Assembly (NCBI GenBank): GCA_020060105.1
Contig: JAGVAV010000002.1
Location: 6,186-70,185 of the forward strand
Length of the DNA: 64,000 nucleotides
Reading direction: 5' to 3'
Source of the DNA: Candidatus Woesebacteria bacterium
GTDB taxonomy: Bacteria; Patescibacteriota; Microgenomatia; Woykebacterales; 2-01-FULL-43-14
Shown: piece by piece, positions 36,348 through 46,147 of the stretch
Layout of the letters: the number at the start of each line of letters is the position of its first letter
Position numbering within the stretch: the stretch's first letter is position 1
Translations under genes and position numbers: made by a program
Notes under the pieces: model-generated
The model's input: the letters and a program-made list of their open reading frames with translations, nothing else
Told to the model about the DNA's origin: nothing
The model's database searches: none

Positions 36348-37247
36348 TTATTCCTCTATTACAATTTCCTCAACCTTGTAATCCCCACCTTTATAAACAG
36401 TAACTAAGTTAAAACGAGGGACCTGGAGATTACGACTGCTAGTAACGGCCCCGACTATATACATCTTAACACCACTCACAGGCTCCGTAAAGTTAGAAGA
36501 AAAATGGTGATCGCCTGCAAAAACCCCTTTAACCTTATATTTACTAAATAATTCCAACACTAGATCCACTTCTTTCTTCACTTCTGAATTCATTCCCCCC
36601 TTTTCCCAAATAGTTCTATTATTAGTTGGATGATAAAGAGGTAGGTGCATAAAGGCAAATATCATTTTTCCTTCGTTTCCAATCAAATCTTTTCTTAACC
36701 AATTTAGTTGAGCTTCTCCAAGACCTAGTTTAGTATCAGACGTGTTTAATAGAACGACATGAACCCCACGCTCATCGAACGATCCGTAAGGCGCGCCAAA
36801 AATCTTTTCAAAATTGGCTACTCCACTCGAGGCCCATAAGTCGTGATCTCCAGGCACAGTTTGATATACAACACCACTTTTATCGATAATTTCCTTTGAT
36901 TCCTCCAGTTCTTTTTGCGTACCTACTTGGGTCCAGTCCCCTAAGTGTATTACAAAGTCAGATTCTACTTCTTTAACCTTCTCAAGAGCTTTACTAAGAT
37001 AGTTTAAGTCATTGTGGGAGTCAGTCAGAACACTAAACTTCGCCAAAACCTCTTTGCTAGGTTCCACGCTTTCACCACTTCCCAAAGGTATCACTTTATC
37101 CCCAACAGCAAATTGAAGGTTTTTAAGAAAAAACGGTAGGCTAAATCCTTTTGGGTCAACGCCAGTAAAATAGCTTAAAGCATAGTATAAACCGCCTAAT
37201 AATAAAAAAACTATTATTAAAAATAAAACTTTCTTGATAAATCTCAT
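36348..37247 (-). CDS. Secreted or membrane calcineurin-like metallophosphoesterase
   Basis: N-terminal TM. GDHDLW and GDHHF metallophosphoesterase motifs. Confidence 0.75.
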   Translation of the reverse strand: MRFIKKVLFLIIVFLLLGGLYYALSYFTGVDPKGFSLPFFLKNLQFAVGDKVIPLGSGESVEPSKEVLAKFSVLTDSHNDLNYLSKALEKVKEVESDFVIHLGDWTQVGTQKELEESKEIIDKSGVVYQTVPGDHDLWASSGVANFEKIFGAPYGSFDERGVHVVLLNTSDTKLGLGEAQLNWLRKDLIGNEGKMIFAFMHLPLYHPTNNRTIWEKGGMNSEVKKEVDLVLELFSKYKVKGVFAGDHHFSSNFTEPVSGVKMYIVGAVTSSRNLQVPRFNLVTVYKGGDYKVEEIVIEE

Positions 37248-38863
37248 TACATCTTTTCCGGCGCGCTGATCCCCATTAGTTTTAAGACATCCGCGATAAC
37301 GATCTGAGTTGCTTTAACTAGTCCTAACCTAGCTTCGCTTAGTGATTTATTTTTAGTAAGAACCCGACATTCGCTGTAAAACTTGTGAAATAAGTCAGCT
37401 AGTTCGATTGTATAGTAGGGTAGTCGATAAACAGAATAGTTCTTCGCTACTTCCTCAATTAACGAAGGATAGTATGTTAACTTTTTTATTAGTCTTAGTT
37501 CACACGGTTGGGTTAAATAACTAAAGTCAAATTCGCCAAAACTTTTATTTGCTAGATCACTTTTCTTTAAAATACTCGAGATCCTTGCGTGGGCGTACTG
37601 AACATAGTAAACAGGATTTTTCTGAGACTTTTCTTTAGCTAAATTAAGATCAAAGTCAAGATGTGTATTCGCCGCGTGCATGATGAAAAAGAACCTTGCT
37701 ACGTCAAGATTCACTTCCTCAAGTAAGTCTTCCATTGTAACGTAAAGACCGGCTCTTTTCGACATTTTTACTTCAATTCCGTTTTTTATTAATCTCACCA
37801 GTTGAATAATAATAATAGTTAGTCTTTCATCATAACCTAGAGCCTTAACAGCGGCTCTCATTCGACCCACATAACCGTGATGATCGGCGCCCCAAATATC
37901 AATTACTTTATCAAAACCCCGCTCAAACTTATTGGCGTGGTAAGCAACATCGGAGAGAAAATATGTAGGCTCTCCATTAGACTTGATCAAAACCCGGTCT
38001 TTATCATCACCCAACTTGGCGGTTTTAAACCAAAGGGAATTATCTCTCTGATAAACCAGTTTCTTTTTCTCTAACTTCTGCTTTACCTTTTCTACCTGAG
38101 AAGATTCATATAAAGAACTTTCGGCAAACCAAACATCAAATTTTATTTTCAGTTTATTTTCTACTAGCTCTTTTATCCCGGTAACTAAACGATTTAAGGC
38201 AACAACTTTTATCTCGTCAACACGCTGTAAAGGATCTTCAAAATCTTCCTTAAAATCTTTCGCCAATTCTAATATGTAGTCTCCTTTATATAAGTAGTCG
38301 GGGGTTTTTACTCTCTGCCCCCGAAGCTTAGCAATTGCATAAGCGACTGATTCCCCCAGAATGTCAACCTGAACCCCCCGATCATTTAAATAATACTCTC
38401 TTTCAACTGTATAATTTAACTTAGCCAAAACATTTGCCAAACAATCCCCAGTAAAACCGCCTCTTCCATTCCCTAGTGTTAGAGGTCCTGTTGGATTAGC
38501 TGAAATAAATTCGACCTGCACCTTTTTCCTTCGCCCAATTTTGTTTGAACCAAAAGAAGAACCCAACCTTAAAATTTCCGCCACTTTTGCTTGCCAGTAA
38601 ATATTACTCAAGTAAAAGTTGACAAAACCCGGCTGAACCACAACCAACTGATCTAGATAAGGCCTTCTTGGGAAATTGGATTCAATTTTTTTAGCAATCT
38701 CAAGTGGAGACTGATTAACCTCCCTTGAAATCTTTAAAGCTATTGTCGTAGTAAAATCTCCAAATTTTTCCTCTGAAGGAATTTCTAGTGATAACCCTTG
38801 AATTGGAAAACCCAAACTTTTCAAGGTCTTTTTTAGATCATTTAATATAATATTTGAATCCAT
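37247..38863 (-). CDS. argS: Arginyl-tRNA synthetase
   Basis: Class I HIGH-like region (SANPTGPLTLGNGR), KMSK region, and DALR anticodon-binding C-terminus. Confidence 0.92.
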   Translation of the reverse strand: MDSNIILNDLKKTLKSLGFPIQGLSLEIPSEEKFGDFTTTIALKISREVNQSPLEIAKKIESNFPRRPYLDQLVVVQPGFVNFYLSNIYWQAKVAEILRLGSSFGSNKIGRRKKVQVEFISANPTGPLTLGNGRGGFTGDCLANVLAKLNYTVEREYYLNDRGVQVDILGESVAYAIAKLRGQRVKTPDYLYKGDYILELAKDFKEDFEDPLQRVDEIKVVALNRLVTGIKELVENKLKIKFDVWFAESSLYESSQVEKVKQKLEKKKLVYQRDNSLWFKTAKLGDDKDRVLIKSNGEPTYFLSDVAYHANKFERGFDKVIDIWGADHHGYVGRMRAAVKALGYDERLTIIIIQLVRLIKNGIEVKMSKRAGLYVTMEDLLEEVNLDVARFFFIMHAANTHLDFDLNLAKEKSQKNPVYYVQYAHARISSILKKSDLANKSFGEFDFSYLTQPCELRLIKKLTYYPSLIEEVAKNYSVYRLPYYTIELADLFHKFYSECRVLTKNKSLSEARLGLVKATQIVIADVLKLMGISAPEKM

Positions 38864-38867
38864 AAGT

Positions 38868-39824
38868 TTACCTACCCGTTTTAGTATACCAAGTTGTTCC
38901 GTCTGTCACAACTTCAACCGTGCCATGTTCGTCTGTTCGATAAACTACCGAGCCTACCGATTTCAATAAAGCGGCGATTCTTTCTGACGGGTGGTTGTAA
39001 ACGTTTTTCTCTCCTAAGGAAATTATGGAAACTTGCGGCACTATCACTCTTAAAAAGTCTTCTTTTAGAGCCGTATCCGCACCCTGATGAGGGACCTTTA
39101 AAACAGTAACGGAATCATTATAATAAGGTTGAACTTCTCCACCCGCATCTCCAGTTAGCAAACTGGAAAACCTTCCGTAAGTTAACAGGACTACTATTGA
39201 ATAATCGTTCGGGTCTTCCCCTCCTTCACCTAAACCACTCGGGTGAAGCACTTCTATCACTACCCCATCGCCAAAATCCATAGAGCTACCTTTCTTCGGG
39301 TAATCTACTTTAGAACCCTCTTTCCCTAAAGTCTCTACCCATGAATCGTAAAGAGAGGTTGAACTAGAAGCACCGTTTGTCCACACCTGCTTAACTTGAT
39401 ATCTCCTAAGCACTTCGATCAAACCAGCTAAATGATCGGCGTGGGGATGTGTAAGAATCACTAAATCCAAACCACGATCATAAAAGGGTAAATCCTTTCC
39501 TAAATGCTGCACCACCCGATTGTCCGGACCTCCATCGATCAAAACTTTATAACCAGCGGGGGTTCGGATAAGAATGCTTTCCCCTTCTCCAACGTCATAA
39601 AACTTTATTTGTAAGTTGGAACTTGGAGAAGTAAAAAAGATACTAAAGTTTAAAACAATTACGAACAAAAGAGTGGCGAGCGTAGTCCCTAAATGCTTGT
39701 TAAGTAAGATGTCAAAAAGTAAAAATCCCTGGTGTTTACCCTTCCACTTTCGCCAAAACTTTAATAGGCGGGCTAAACCAATCTTCCGGTATGTTAATTT
39801 CAGTACTGTGTTATTCCTAACCAT
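38868..39824 (-). CDS. comEC: ComEC C-terminal module: one TM helix plus a metallo-beta-lactamase domain, encoded as a separate gene
   Basis: HPHADH motif and MBL fold. An ATG at 39824 overlaps the stop of the upstream comEC channel gene (TAATG). Confidence 0.75.
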   Translation of the reverse strand: MVRNNTVLKLTYRKIGLARLLKFWRKWKGKHQGFLLFDILLNKHLGTTLATLLFVIVLNFSIFFTSPSSNLQIKFYDVGEGESILIRTPAGYKVLIDGGPDNRVVQHLGKDLPFYDRGLDLVILTHPHADHLAGLIEVLRRYQVKQVWTNGASSSTSLYDSWVETLGKEGSKVDYPKKGSSMDFGDGVVIEVLHPSGLGEGGEDPNDYSIVVLLTYGRFSSLLTGDAGGEVQPYYNDSVTVLKVPHQGADTALKEDFLRVIVPQVSIISLGEKNVYNHPSERIAALLKSVGSVVYRTDEHGTVEVVTDGTTWYTKTGR

Positions 39825-41047
39825 TAATTTTTTCTTAAACCCCTTGACTTCATCCATAGTAGCAACGATAACAACATCAGATAATATCCTCCCACCAACC
39901 ACCAGGACCTTTGAGGAACACCGACAGAAGAAAAAACTAGGCTCCCTCCATAGTTAACCACCCAAATAAAAACTGTTAAAGGAAGCCAAAGTAACGTAGC
40001 GATAATTTTCGCTAGAGGAAATATTAAAATCCCCAAGCCAAGCAACACAAACCCACCTAATGTTATCAAAGGTATTAACCAAAGTATCAAAGTATTTATA
40101 AGGGGGGCAATTAACGAAATCTGACCGAAGTGGTAAAATACCACCGGAGTTACCAACAACTGGGCGGATAAAGTGGTTGTTAAGTTTTCTCGAAAAGGAC
40201 TGGGTAACCAACGAATAAAAGTTTTATCCAAGGCTTTTGTCAGGGTAATTATTCCCAAAGTAGCCATAAAAGAAAGTTGAAAACTTATGTTCCAGACTAA
40301 CTTCGGATCCCAAAGTAACATTATAGATCCCGTAAGAAACAAGACGTAGACGGAAACGTTGAAACGGCCGAGAAGTAGTGCTAAATAAGCAATAGAACCC
40401 ATTATCGCTGCTCGAACGGTTGGCGGCTCCGCACCAGTTAAGAAAGTGTAAAGAAGAATCACTGTAAATGTAAGTAGTATTGCGTAACGGCGTCTAATAA
40501 AACCGGCCAGATTCATTACAAAACCCGCGACTACGGCGATGTTGTAGCCAGAGACAACGACAACATGAATCGTCCCGCTTCGGCGTAGGTTATCTAGGAA
40601 ACCCTCGGGTAGTTCTTCCTGACCTCCTAGAACTATCCCAGAAACTAGTGCTGAATGAGGTTCCGGTAAAAGATTATTAAATATCACTAATAGGTGCCTT
40701 CGAAGGTTTAAAATCGACTCGTAAAAAGGGTTGCCGTAATTTTCCCCGACCTTTTCAATCTTCGGATACCTAAGTATCTTGTCTGAATCTGCCTGGCCGT
40801 AAATTCTTAAAACGTCACCGTAATGAAAATCAGTGTAAACATGCGTCTGAACGAGAGAATCCCCTAAATGAAAATAGGTAAACCCATTTTTTCTCTTAGG
40901 CTCTTCTAAAAGAACCGATTCGAATGAACTGTTTGAAACAGTATTTTGTGTTAAGAAACTGGTTTGGTAGCGAAAAAACCATACCCCTAAAGTTAAAGCT
41001 ATTACACTAACAGCTAGTATCAGCCTGTAATTAGTTAGAAGTGACAT
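39824..41047 (-). CDS. comEC: ComEC/Rec2 DNA-uptake channel module (DUF4131 plus competence domain)
   Basis: Polytopic membrane protein with competence-domain motifs. Located downstream of comEA. Confidence 0.8.
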   Translation of the reverse strand: MSLLTNYRLILAVSVIALTLGVWFFRYQTSFLTQNTVSNSSFESVLLEEPKRKNGFTYFHLGDSLVQTHVYTDFHYGDVLRIYGQADSDKILRYPKIEKVGENYGNPFYESILNLRRHLLVIFNNLLPEPHSALVSGIVLGGQEELPEGFLDNLRRSGTIHVVVVSGYNIAVVAGFVMNLAGFIRRRYAILLTFTVILLYTFLTGAEPPTVRAAIMGSIAYLALLLGRFNVSVYVLFLTGSIMLLWDPKLVWNISFQLSFMATLGIITLTKALDKTFIRWLPSPFRENLTTTLSAQLLVTPVVFYHFGQISLIAPLINTLILWLIPLITLGGFVLLGLGILIFPLAKIIATLLWLPLTVFIWVVNYGGSLVFSSVGVPQRSWWLVGGYYLMLLSLLLWMKSRGLRKN

Positions 41048-41054
41048 GGTCTAT

Positions 41055-41681
41055 TTAGTGTGTTCTTACTAAGTCTTTTAGTTTTTCAAACACACTTTTA
41101 TTTACAACTTTTTTTGTCGTGAGATCTTCCACCTTCTGATAAGGCCTGTTTGAAATTATTTTCTTTGCGGTAACAGGACCAATCCCAGGCAAGGAATCTA
41201 ACTCGGAAGTGCTTGCAGAATTAATATTTATTTTCTCTTTAATGCCTTCCACTAACCCTAAACCTTCAAAATCAAGGTCTGCTAAGGAAGGAATATAAAC
41301 TTTCTCACCATCTTCTAGCCCCCGAGCGAGATTTAAGTTCTTAGATAGCCACTTCTTGTCAGCATCCTCCGTGAAACCACCCGCAAGCTTCAGCACGTCT
41401 TCGACCCTGGAGCCGATCGACAACTCATAAACGCCCGGCTTGGAGACTGACCCCCCAACGTCTACTTTAATACTTGATTTATCTTCTTTAAGAGAACTCG
41501 GAGAAAGCAGTTTGAGATCTGGTTTAGCTTTTTGAAAAACTATAGGAAAAATTAAACCGAAACTGAAAAGGGCCAAACCTGTCAAAAATAGCACAAGCGG
41601 AATCTTGTACGGTTTAATCAACTGCCAAAAATTTGGCAAGGGTTTCTTTAAAGTTTCAGAGGCCATTTTCCCTCCTAGCAT
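41055..41681 (-). CDS. comEA: ComEA: DNA receptor with SLBB domain and C-terminal helix-hairpin-helix
   Basis: N-terminal TM. The HhH motif INSASTSELDSLPGIGPVTAKKI. Confidence 0.88.
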   Translation of the reverse strand: MLGGKMASETLKKPLPNFWQLIKPYKIPLVLFLTGLALFSFGLIFPIVFQKAKPDLKLLSPSSLKEDKSSIKVDVGGSVSKPGVYELSIGSRVEDVLKLAGGFTEDADKKWLSKNLNLARGLEDGEKVYIPSLADLDFEGLGLVEGIKEKININSASTSELDSLPGIGPVTAKKIISNRPYQKVEDLTTKKVVNKSVFEKLKDLVRTH

Positions 41682-41713
41682 TATACTAACTTGACAACTT
41701 CACTCTTACAGCG

Positions 41714-42163
41714 TCATCCATTGCCAACTAAATACGAGGGAAAGAAAAGAATAAACAAAGATAAGTTACTTATATACTCCTTAACCCATTTATTATAAAA
41801 ATCAACAAGACCCCCCAAACCTCTTCTATAAAGCTCCCTATCCACAACACCCCCCTTATGCGGATAATGGTGCATTTTGGGGTGCGGTGAAGAAAATCCG
41901 TGAGCATAGTGAACTAGCTCGTGAGCAATGGTATGATCAACAATTTCTGTAGGAATATTAAAACGCTTGAATAACCCGTTAATTCTAATGTGAGTACTGT
42001 TATCTGTGTAACAAAGGCGGATGGAACCAAAACGATACCTCGCTTGGCGACCAAACTTAATATAAATTCGATTAGTTTGAGGAACGTCTGAAAAATAGTT
42101 TCGCCAGAGGTAGTCAAGGCGATAAAGCAACCAATTTTCGTCGCGAAATCCACCCTCAGTCAA
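41714..42163 (-). CDS. YgjP/DUF45-family zinc-dependent hydrolase (HExxH)
   Basis: HTIAHELVHYAH motif with the flanking conserved Arg/Tyr pattern of DUF45. TTG start. My coordinates differ by 1 nt from the track. Confidence 0.65.
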   Translation of the reverse strand: MTEGGFRDENWLLYRLDYLWRNYFSDVPQTNRIYIKFGRQARYRFGSIRLCYTDNSTHIRINGLFKRFNIPTEIVDHTIAHELVHYAHGFSSPHPKMHHYPHKGGVVDRELYRRGLGGLVDFYNKWVKEYISNLSLFILFFPSYLVGNG

Positions 42164-42364
42164 GGCAGTACCCTCCAGGAATTGATTAACTATTGTATGG
42201 GAATTTATAACCCTCTAATGTTAAAACTGTTTAAATACTAATACCTTTTCCGAGGTAAATCAAGTCACTACCAACCCAACGCAAGAAGGACCAATCTTAA
42301 TTAACATTAATTTTATTAAACATACTAAATAATAGCAAGCACTTAGCCAGCGCTTGGTTAAAGG

Positions 42365-44797
42365 CTAATGCGTCACGAAGTTTATCAAACGATTAGACCG
42401 AAAGACAACTTTTTCCACGCTTTTCCCCTCGATAAATTTCCGCACTTTTGGTAATTCTTCGGCCATTGTTTTTACTTTTTCTTCCGAAGCTCCGTAAGGA
42501 ACTTTTAGCCTATCTCTAACCTTACCATCAACTTCAACAACTAGCCAAACATACTCTTCTGTTAAATAACTTTTATCAATCTTATACCAAGACTGATTAT
42601 GAATAGACCGTTCCGCTTCAAATTTATTACTACCTTCAACAACAGACTGCCATAACTCTTCTGTTAAATGAGGGGCAAACGGGGCTAGAAGCAATAGTAA
42701 AACCTTTATTTCTTCTAAACTAAGTTCTTTTCGAGACGAAAAAGTATTAAACCAGGTCATAATTGCCGCCACAGCAGTGTTAAACTTAAGATTCGAAATA
42801 TCATCAGTCACCTTCTGTAGCGTTTTAGCCATCAATCTCTTATCTTCTAGGGTAGTATTATTAGCAACTGAAATGTTTGTTTGATAAACTCGTGCCCAAA
42901 CACGGTTTAAAAATCGATATATCCCTTCTATACCGCGAGGATTCCAAGGCCCGCCCTGATCGTAAGGACCCATAAAGCAAAGATAAGCCCGAACCGTATC
43001 CGCTCCGTACGTCGAAACAAGTTCGTCGGGATTAATTACGTTTCCTTTTGACTTTGACATCTTCTGACCATCAGGGCCTAAGATTATCCCTTGATGCCTA
43101 AGAGCGCTAAAAGGCTCGTCAAACTCCAAATAACCTAAGTCTCTCAAAGCCTTAGTGAAAAATCTTGAATATAGTAGGTGCAATACCGTATGTTCAGCCC
43201 CACCTACATACATATCCACCGGCAGCCAATACTTTAGAGTATCGGTATCAAAAGGTTTACTTTCTAGATCAGAATTTGGATATCTCAAATAATACCAAGA
43301 GGAACAAACAAAGGTGTCCATAGTGTCTGTTTCTCGCCGTGCCGAACCCTGGCAGGATGGGCATTTTACATTTACAAACGCCTTGTTAACAGCCAATGGA
43401 GACCTCCCCTTAGGGGTAAAATCTACGTCGTAAGGCAACAAAACCGGCAAGTCTTTTTCAGGCACCGGAACAGTCCCACACTTTTCACAGTAAACCACAG
43501 GAATTGGTGCTCCCCAATAACGTTGCCGAGAAACCACCCAATCCCTTAAGTGATAGTTAACCTTTCGCTGACCTAACCCTTGTTTTTCAATATAATCCGT
43601 GATCTTTTTTTTAGCCTCGTAAGAACTTAAACCACTAAACTCTCTACTATTCACAAGCGGCCCGCCTTCAACGTAAGGCCCTTTCGTAACGTCACCACCA
43701 CGAATTACCTCAACTATATCCAAATTATACTTTCTAGCAAAATCCCAATCACGTTGGTCGTGACCAGGAACACCCATCACCGCCCCACTACCGTAAGACA
43801 TTAAAACATAATCAGCAACATAAACTGGAATCTTGGCCCCGGAAAGGACATTTTCACAGTAACTCCCCGTAAATACCCCAGTCTTCTCTTTTTCCAAAGC
43901 TACTCTTTCCAATTCTGACTTCTTTTTTACTTTTTCGATATATTCTGATACGGATCTTTTACTTTCTGGGGTAACAAGTTTCTTCAACATAGGGTGCTCT
44001 GGAGAAATCGCCATAAAGGTTGCCCCAAAGACTGTGTCGGGCCTTGTGGTAAAAAAGGTTAACACTTCTTTAGATTTTTCTCCATTAGTGTAGATAACCG
44101 GAAAAGCTATCTCTACCCCTTCACTACGGCCAATCCAATTACGTTGCATAATTTTGGTCTTTTCTGGCCAATCTAGCTTTTCGACATCTTCCAACAATTC
44201 ATCTGCATATCGAGTGATTTTAAATAACCACTGCGCAATCTCCCTTTGAACAACTAAGCTTTCACAACGCCAACACCGACCCTCGATTACCTGCTCGTTA
44301 GCTAAGACAGTTTGGCAATCTGGGCACCAGTTTGCTGGAACTTTCGCCTTATAAGCTAATCCTGCTTTATACAGCTGTAGAAACATCCACTGGGTCCACT
44401 TGTAGTAATCAGGCCGAGAAGCGATTATCTCCCGACGCCAATCATAAATTGCCCCAATGGTTCTAAGCTGCTTTTCCATGTTAGCAATGTTTGACTCTGT
44501 CCAATCAGCCGGATGAACTCCCCGCTTAATCGCGGCTCCTTCGGCTGGCAAGCCAAAAGAATCAAAACCAATTGGTTCCATAACGTTAAAACCACTCATT
44601 CTTTTAAAACGAGCAAAAACATCAGTCGGAGCAAAATTATACCAGTGGCCGATGTGAAGGTCTCCAGAAGAGTAGGGAAACATTACCAAACAGTAGTACT
44701 TGGGCTTATCCGAAATGTTGGGAGTTTCGTAAAGCTTACTCTCTTCCCAAATTTTTTGCCACTTTTTCTCTATCTTTTGAGGATGGTAATTTTTCAT
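42365..44797 (-). CDS. leuS: Leucyl-tRNA synthetase
   Basis: HIGH (HIGHWYNF) and KMSKS motifs, plus a CP1 editing domain. The start is taken at MKNYHPQKIEKKWQ. Confidence 0.95.
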   Translation of the reverse strand: MKNYHPQKIEKKWQKIWEESKLYETPNISDKPKYYCLVMFPYSSGDLHIGHWYNFAPTDVFARFKRMSGFNVMEPIGFDSFGLPAEGAAIKRGVHPADWTESNIANMEKQLRTIGAIYDWRREIIASRPDYYKWTQWMFLQLYKAGLAYKAKVPANWCPDCQTVLANEQVIEGRCWRCESLVVQREIAQWLFKITRYADELLEDVEKLDWPEKTKIMQRNWIGRSEGVEIAFPVIYTNGEKSKEVLTFFTTRPDTVFGATFMAISPEHPMLKKLVTPESKRSVSEYIEKVKKKSELERVALEKEKTGVFTGSYCENVLSGAKIPVYVADYVLMSYGSGAVMGVPGHDQRDWDFARKYNLDIVEVIRGGDVTKGPYVEGGPLVNSREFSGLSSYEAKKKITDYIEKQGLGQRKVNYHLRDWVVSRQRYWGAPIPVVYCEKCGTVPVPEKDLPVLLPYDVDFTPKGRSPLAVNKAFVNVKCPSCQGSARRETDTMDTFVCSSWYYLRYPNSDLESKPFDTDTLKYWLPVDMYVGGAEHTVLHLLYSRFFTKALRDLGYLEFDEPFSALRHQGIILGPDGQKMSKSKGNVINPDELVSTYGADTVRAYLCFMGPYDQGGPWNPRGIEGIYRFLNRVWARVYQTNISVANNTTLEDKRLMAKTLQKVTDDISNLKFNTAVAAIMTWFNTFSSRKELSLEEIKVLLLLLAPFAPHLTEELWQSVVEGSNKFEAERSIHNQSWYKIDKSYLTEEYVWLVVEVDGKVRDRLKVPYGASEEKVKTMAEELPKVRKFIEGKSVEKVVFRSNRLINFVTH

Positions 44798-44896
44798 GGT
44801 TATTATTTTATACCGTATCGCACCAAACTGCAACTTGATCCAAATCTTTAGTCACTTTATAATTAGGAAGGTGGTCAAAGAGGCCCCTCTCCCTAT

Positions 44897-45910
44897 ATGA
44901 CTAAGTTTAGACAAAGCATTTTCGACCGGCTATTTATCCGTGACTTGAACGCAGACAGCTTTTTAGATAATTTCTTTATTTCTGCCGTCAGCGCAGTTTT
45001 ACTAATTCGGTTTTTCCTTCATCTCACCAACTATCCAAGAATCGGTGGAGAAAGTCTTCACGTTGCCCACGTCCTTTGGGGCGGCTTAATTATGCTTATT
45101 GCCTTAATTATGCTGCTTTTATTCATCAACCGTTCAATCAAATACACTGCTTCAATCATCGGAGGATTTGGATTCGGAACTTTCATTGATGAGCTCGGAA
45201 AATTTATTACTAGTGATAACAACTACCTCTATGAACCAACAGTTGCCTTAATTTATGTCGTCTTCATTCTTCTCTACCTTTCATTTGAAGCTTTAGCAAA
45301 ACTTCAAAATGTAACTCAAAAGGAATACTTGATTAATGCTCTAGAAATGATCAAAGAGGCAGTCGAAAAAAATATGGATGAGGAAGAAAAGAAGCAGGTT
45401 CAAAGCTTTTTAGAAAAAAGCGATAAAAAAGATTTAACTACTCAAACCCTCCTTAAAATCCTAGAAAAAACACCTAGCGTACCCGTCTCGACTAGTTGGC
45501 TTAGTCGTACCCGGCACTTCGTTAATGAAACGTATCAAGTCTTCTTGAGGACACGCTGGTTCCTAAGAGCCGTTTTGGCAATTTTTATCATTAAATCTCT
45601 AATCTCGTTTTTTTCCTCGGGGGGCGTTATTGTTAACAAATCAACCTTAAGTTTCACTGATCAAATCGAAATGTTTTCAGTTCTGACCTCTGGCGTCCTT
45701 GTCCTAATCGGAGTTATCACAATCTACCGTTCTCGCTTAAGCTCCTACCGCTATTTCAAATATTCGTTACTAATTTCGATTTTCCTGACTCAGTTTTTCA
45801 CTTTCTATAGAGATCAATTTTCTGCTCTCTCAGACCTTATAGTTAATCTATCCATTTTAACTATCATTAATTATCTCATCAGTCAGGAAAAACCTCGTAA
45901 CCAAGAGTAG
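44897..45910 (+). CDS. Hypothetical polytopic membrane protein: 4 + 4 TM helices with a central charged coiled loop
   Basis: Hydrophobicity pattern only. No recognisable family motif. Confidence 0.5.
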   Translation: MTKFRQSIFDRLFIRDLNADSFLDNFFISAVSAVLLIRFFLHLTNYPRIGGESLHVAHVLWGGLIMLIALIMLLLFINRSIKYTASIIGGFGFGTFIDELGKFITSDNNYLYEPTVALIYVVFILLYLSFEALAKLQNVTQKEYLINALEMIKEAVEKNMDEEEKKQVQSFLEKSDKKDLTTQTLLKILEKTPSVPVSTSWLSRTRHFVNETYQVFLRTRWFLRAVLAIFIIKSLISFFSSGGVIVNKSTLSFTDQIEMFSVLTSGVLVLIGVITIYRSRLSSYRYFKYSLLISIFLTQFFTFYRDQFSALSDLIVNLSILTIINYLISQEKPRNQE

Positions 45911-45939
45911 TATTAGTATCTAACACTCAAATATTTGTT

Positions 45940-46015
45940 TGGTGGAGCTAGCCGGATTCGAACCGGCGACCTTCTCCATGCCATGGAGACGCGCTACCAA
46001 CTACGCCATAGCCCC
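45940..46015 (-). tRNA. tRNA-Ala (anticodon GGC), CCA encoded
   Basis: G3:U70 in the acceptor stem, anticodon loop ATGGCAT. Confidence 0.8.
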
Positions 46016-46042
46016 AAAATTTAAAACTAAATTGAATTGGTC

Positions 46043-46118
46043 TGGTGGACCTGGGGAGATTCGAACTCCCGATCTCTACAATGCGAATGTAGCGCTCTAC
46101 CAACTGAGCTACAGGCCC
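46043..46118 (-). tRNA. tRNA-Ala (anticodon CGC), CCA encoded
   Basis: G3:U70 in the acceptor stem, anticodon loop TTCGCAT. Confidence 0.8.
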
Positions 46119-46147
46119 AAGATAATTTGAGATCATTTTAACATAAC

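Noticed and set aside
37247-44896. T-box riboswitch leaders upstream of argS, leuS and proS
   Set aside because: No T-box consensus (AANNNGGGTGGNACCGCG) and no specifier-loop architecture was found in the short upstream regions. argS and proS start within a few nt of the preceding gene.
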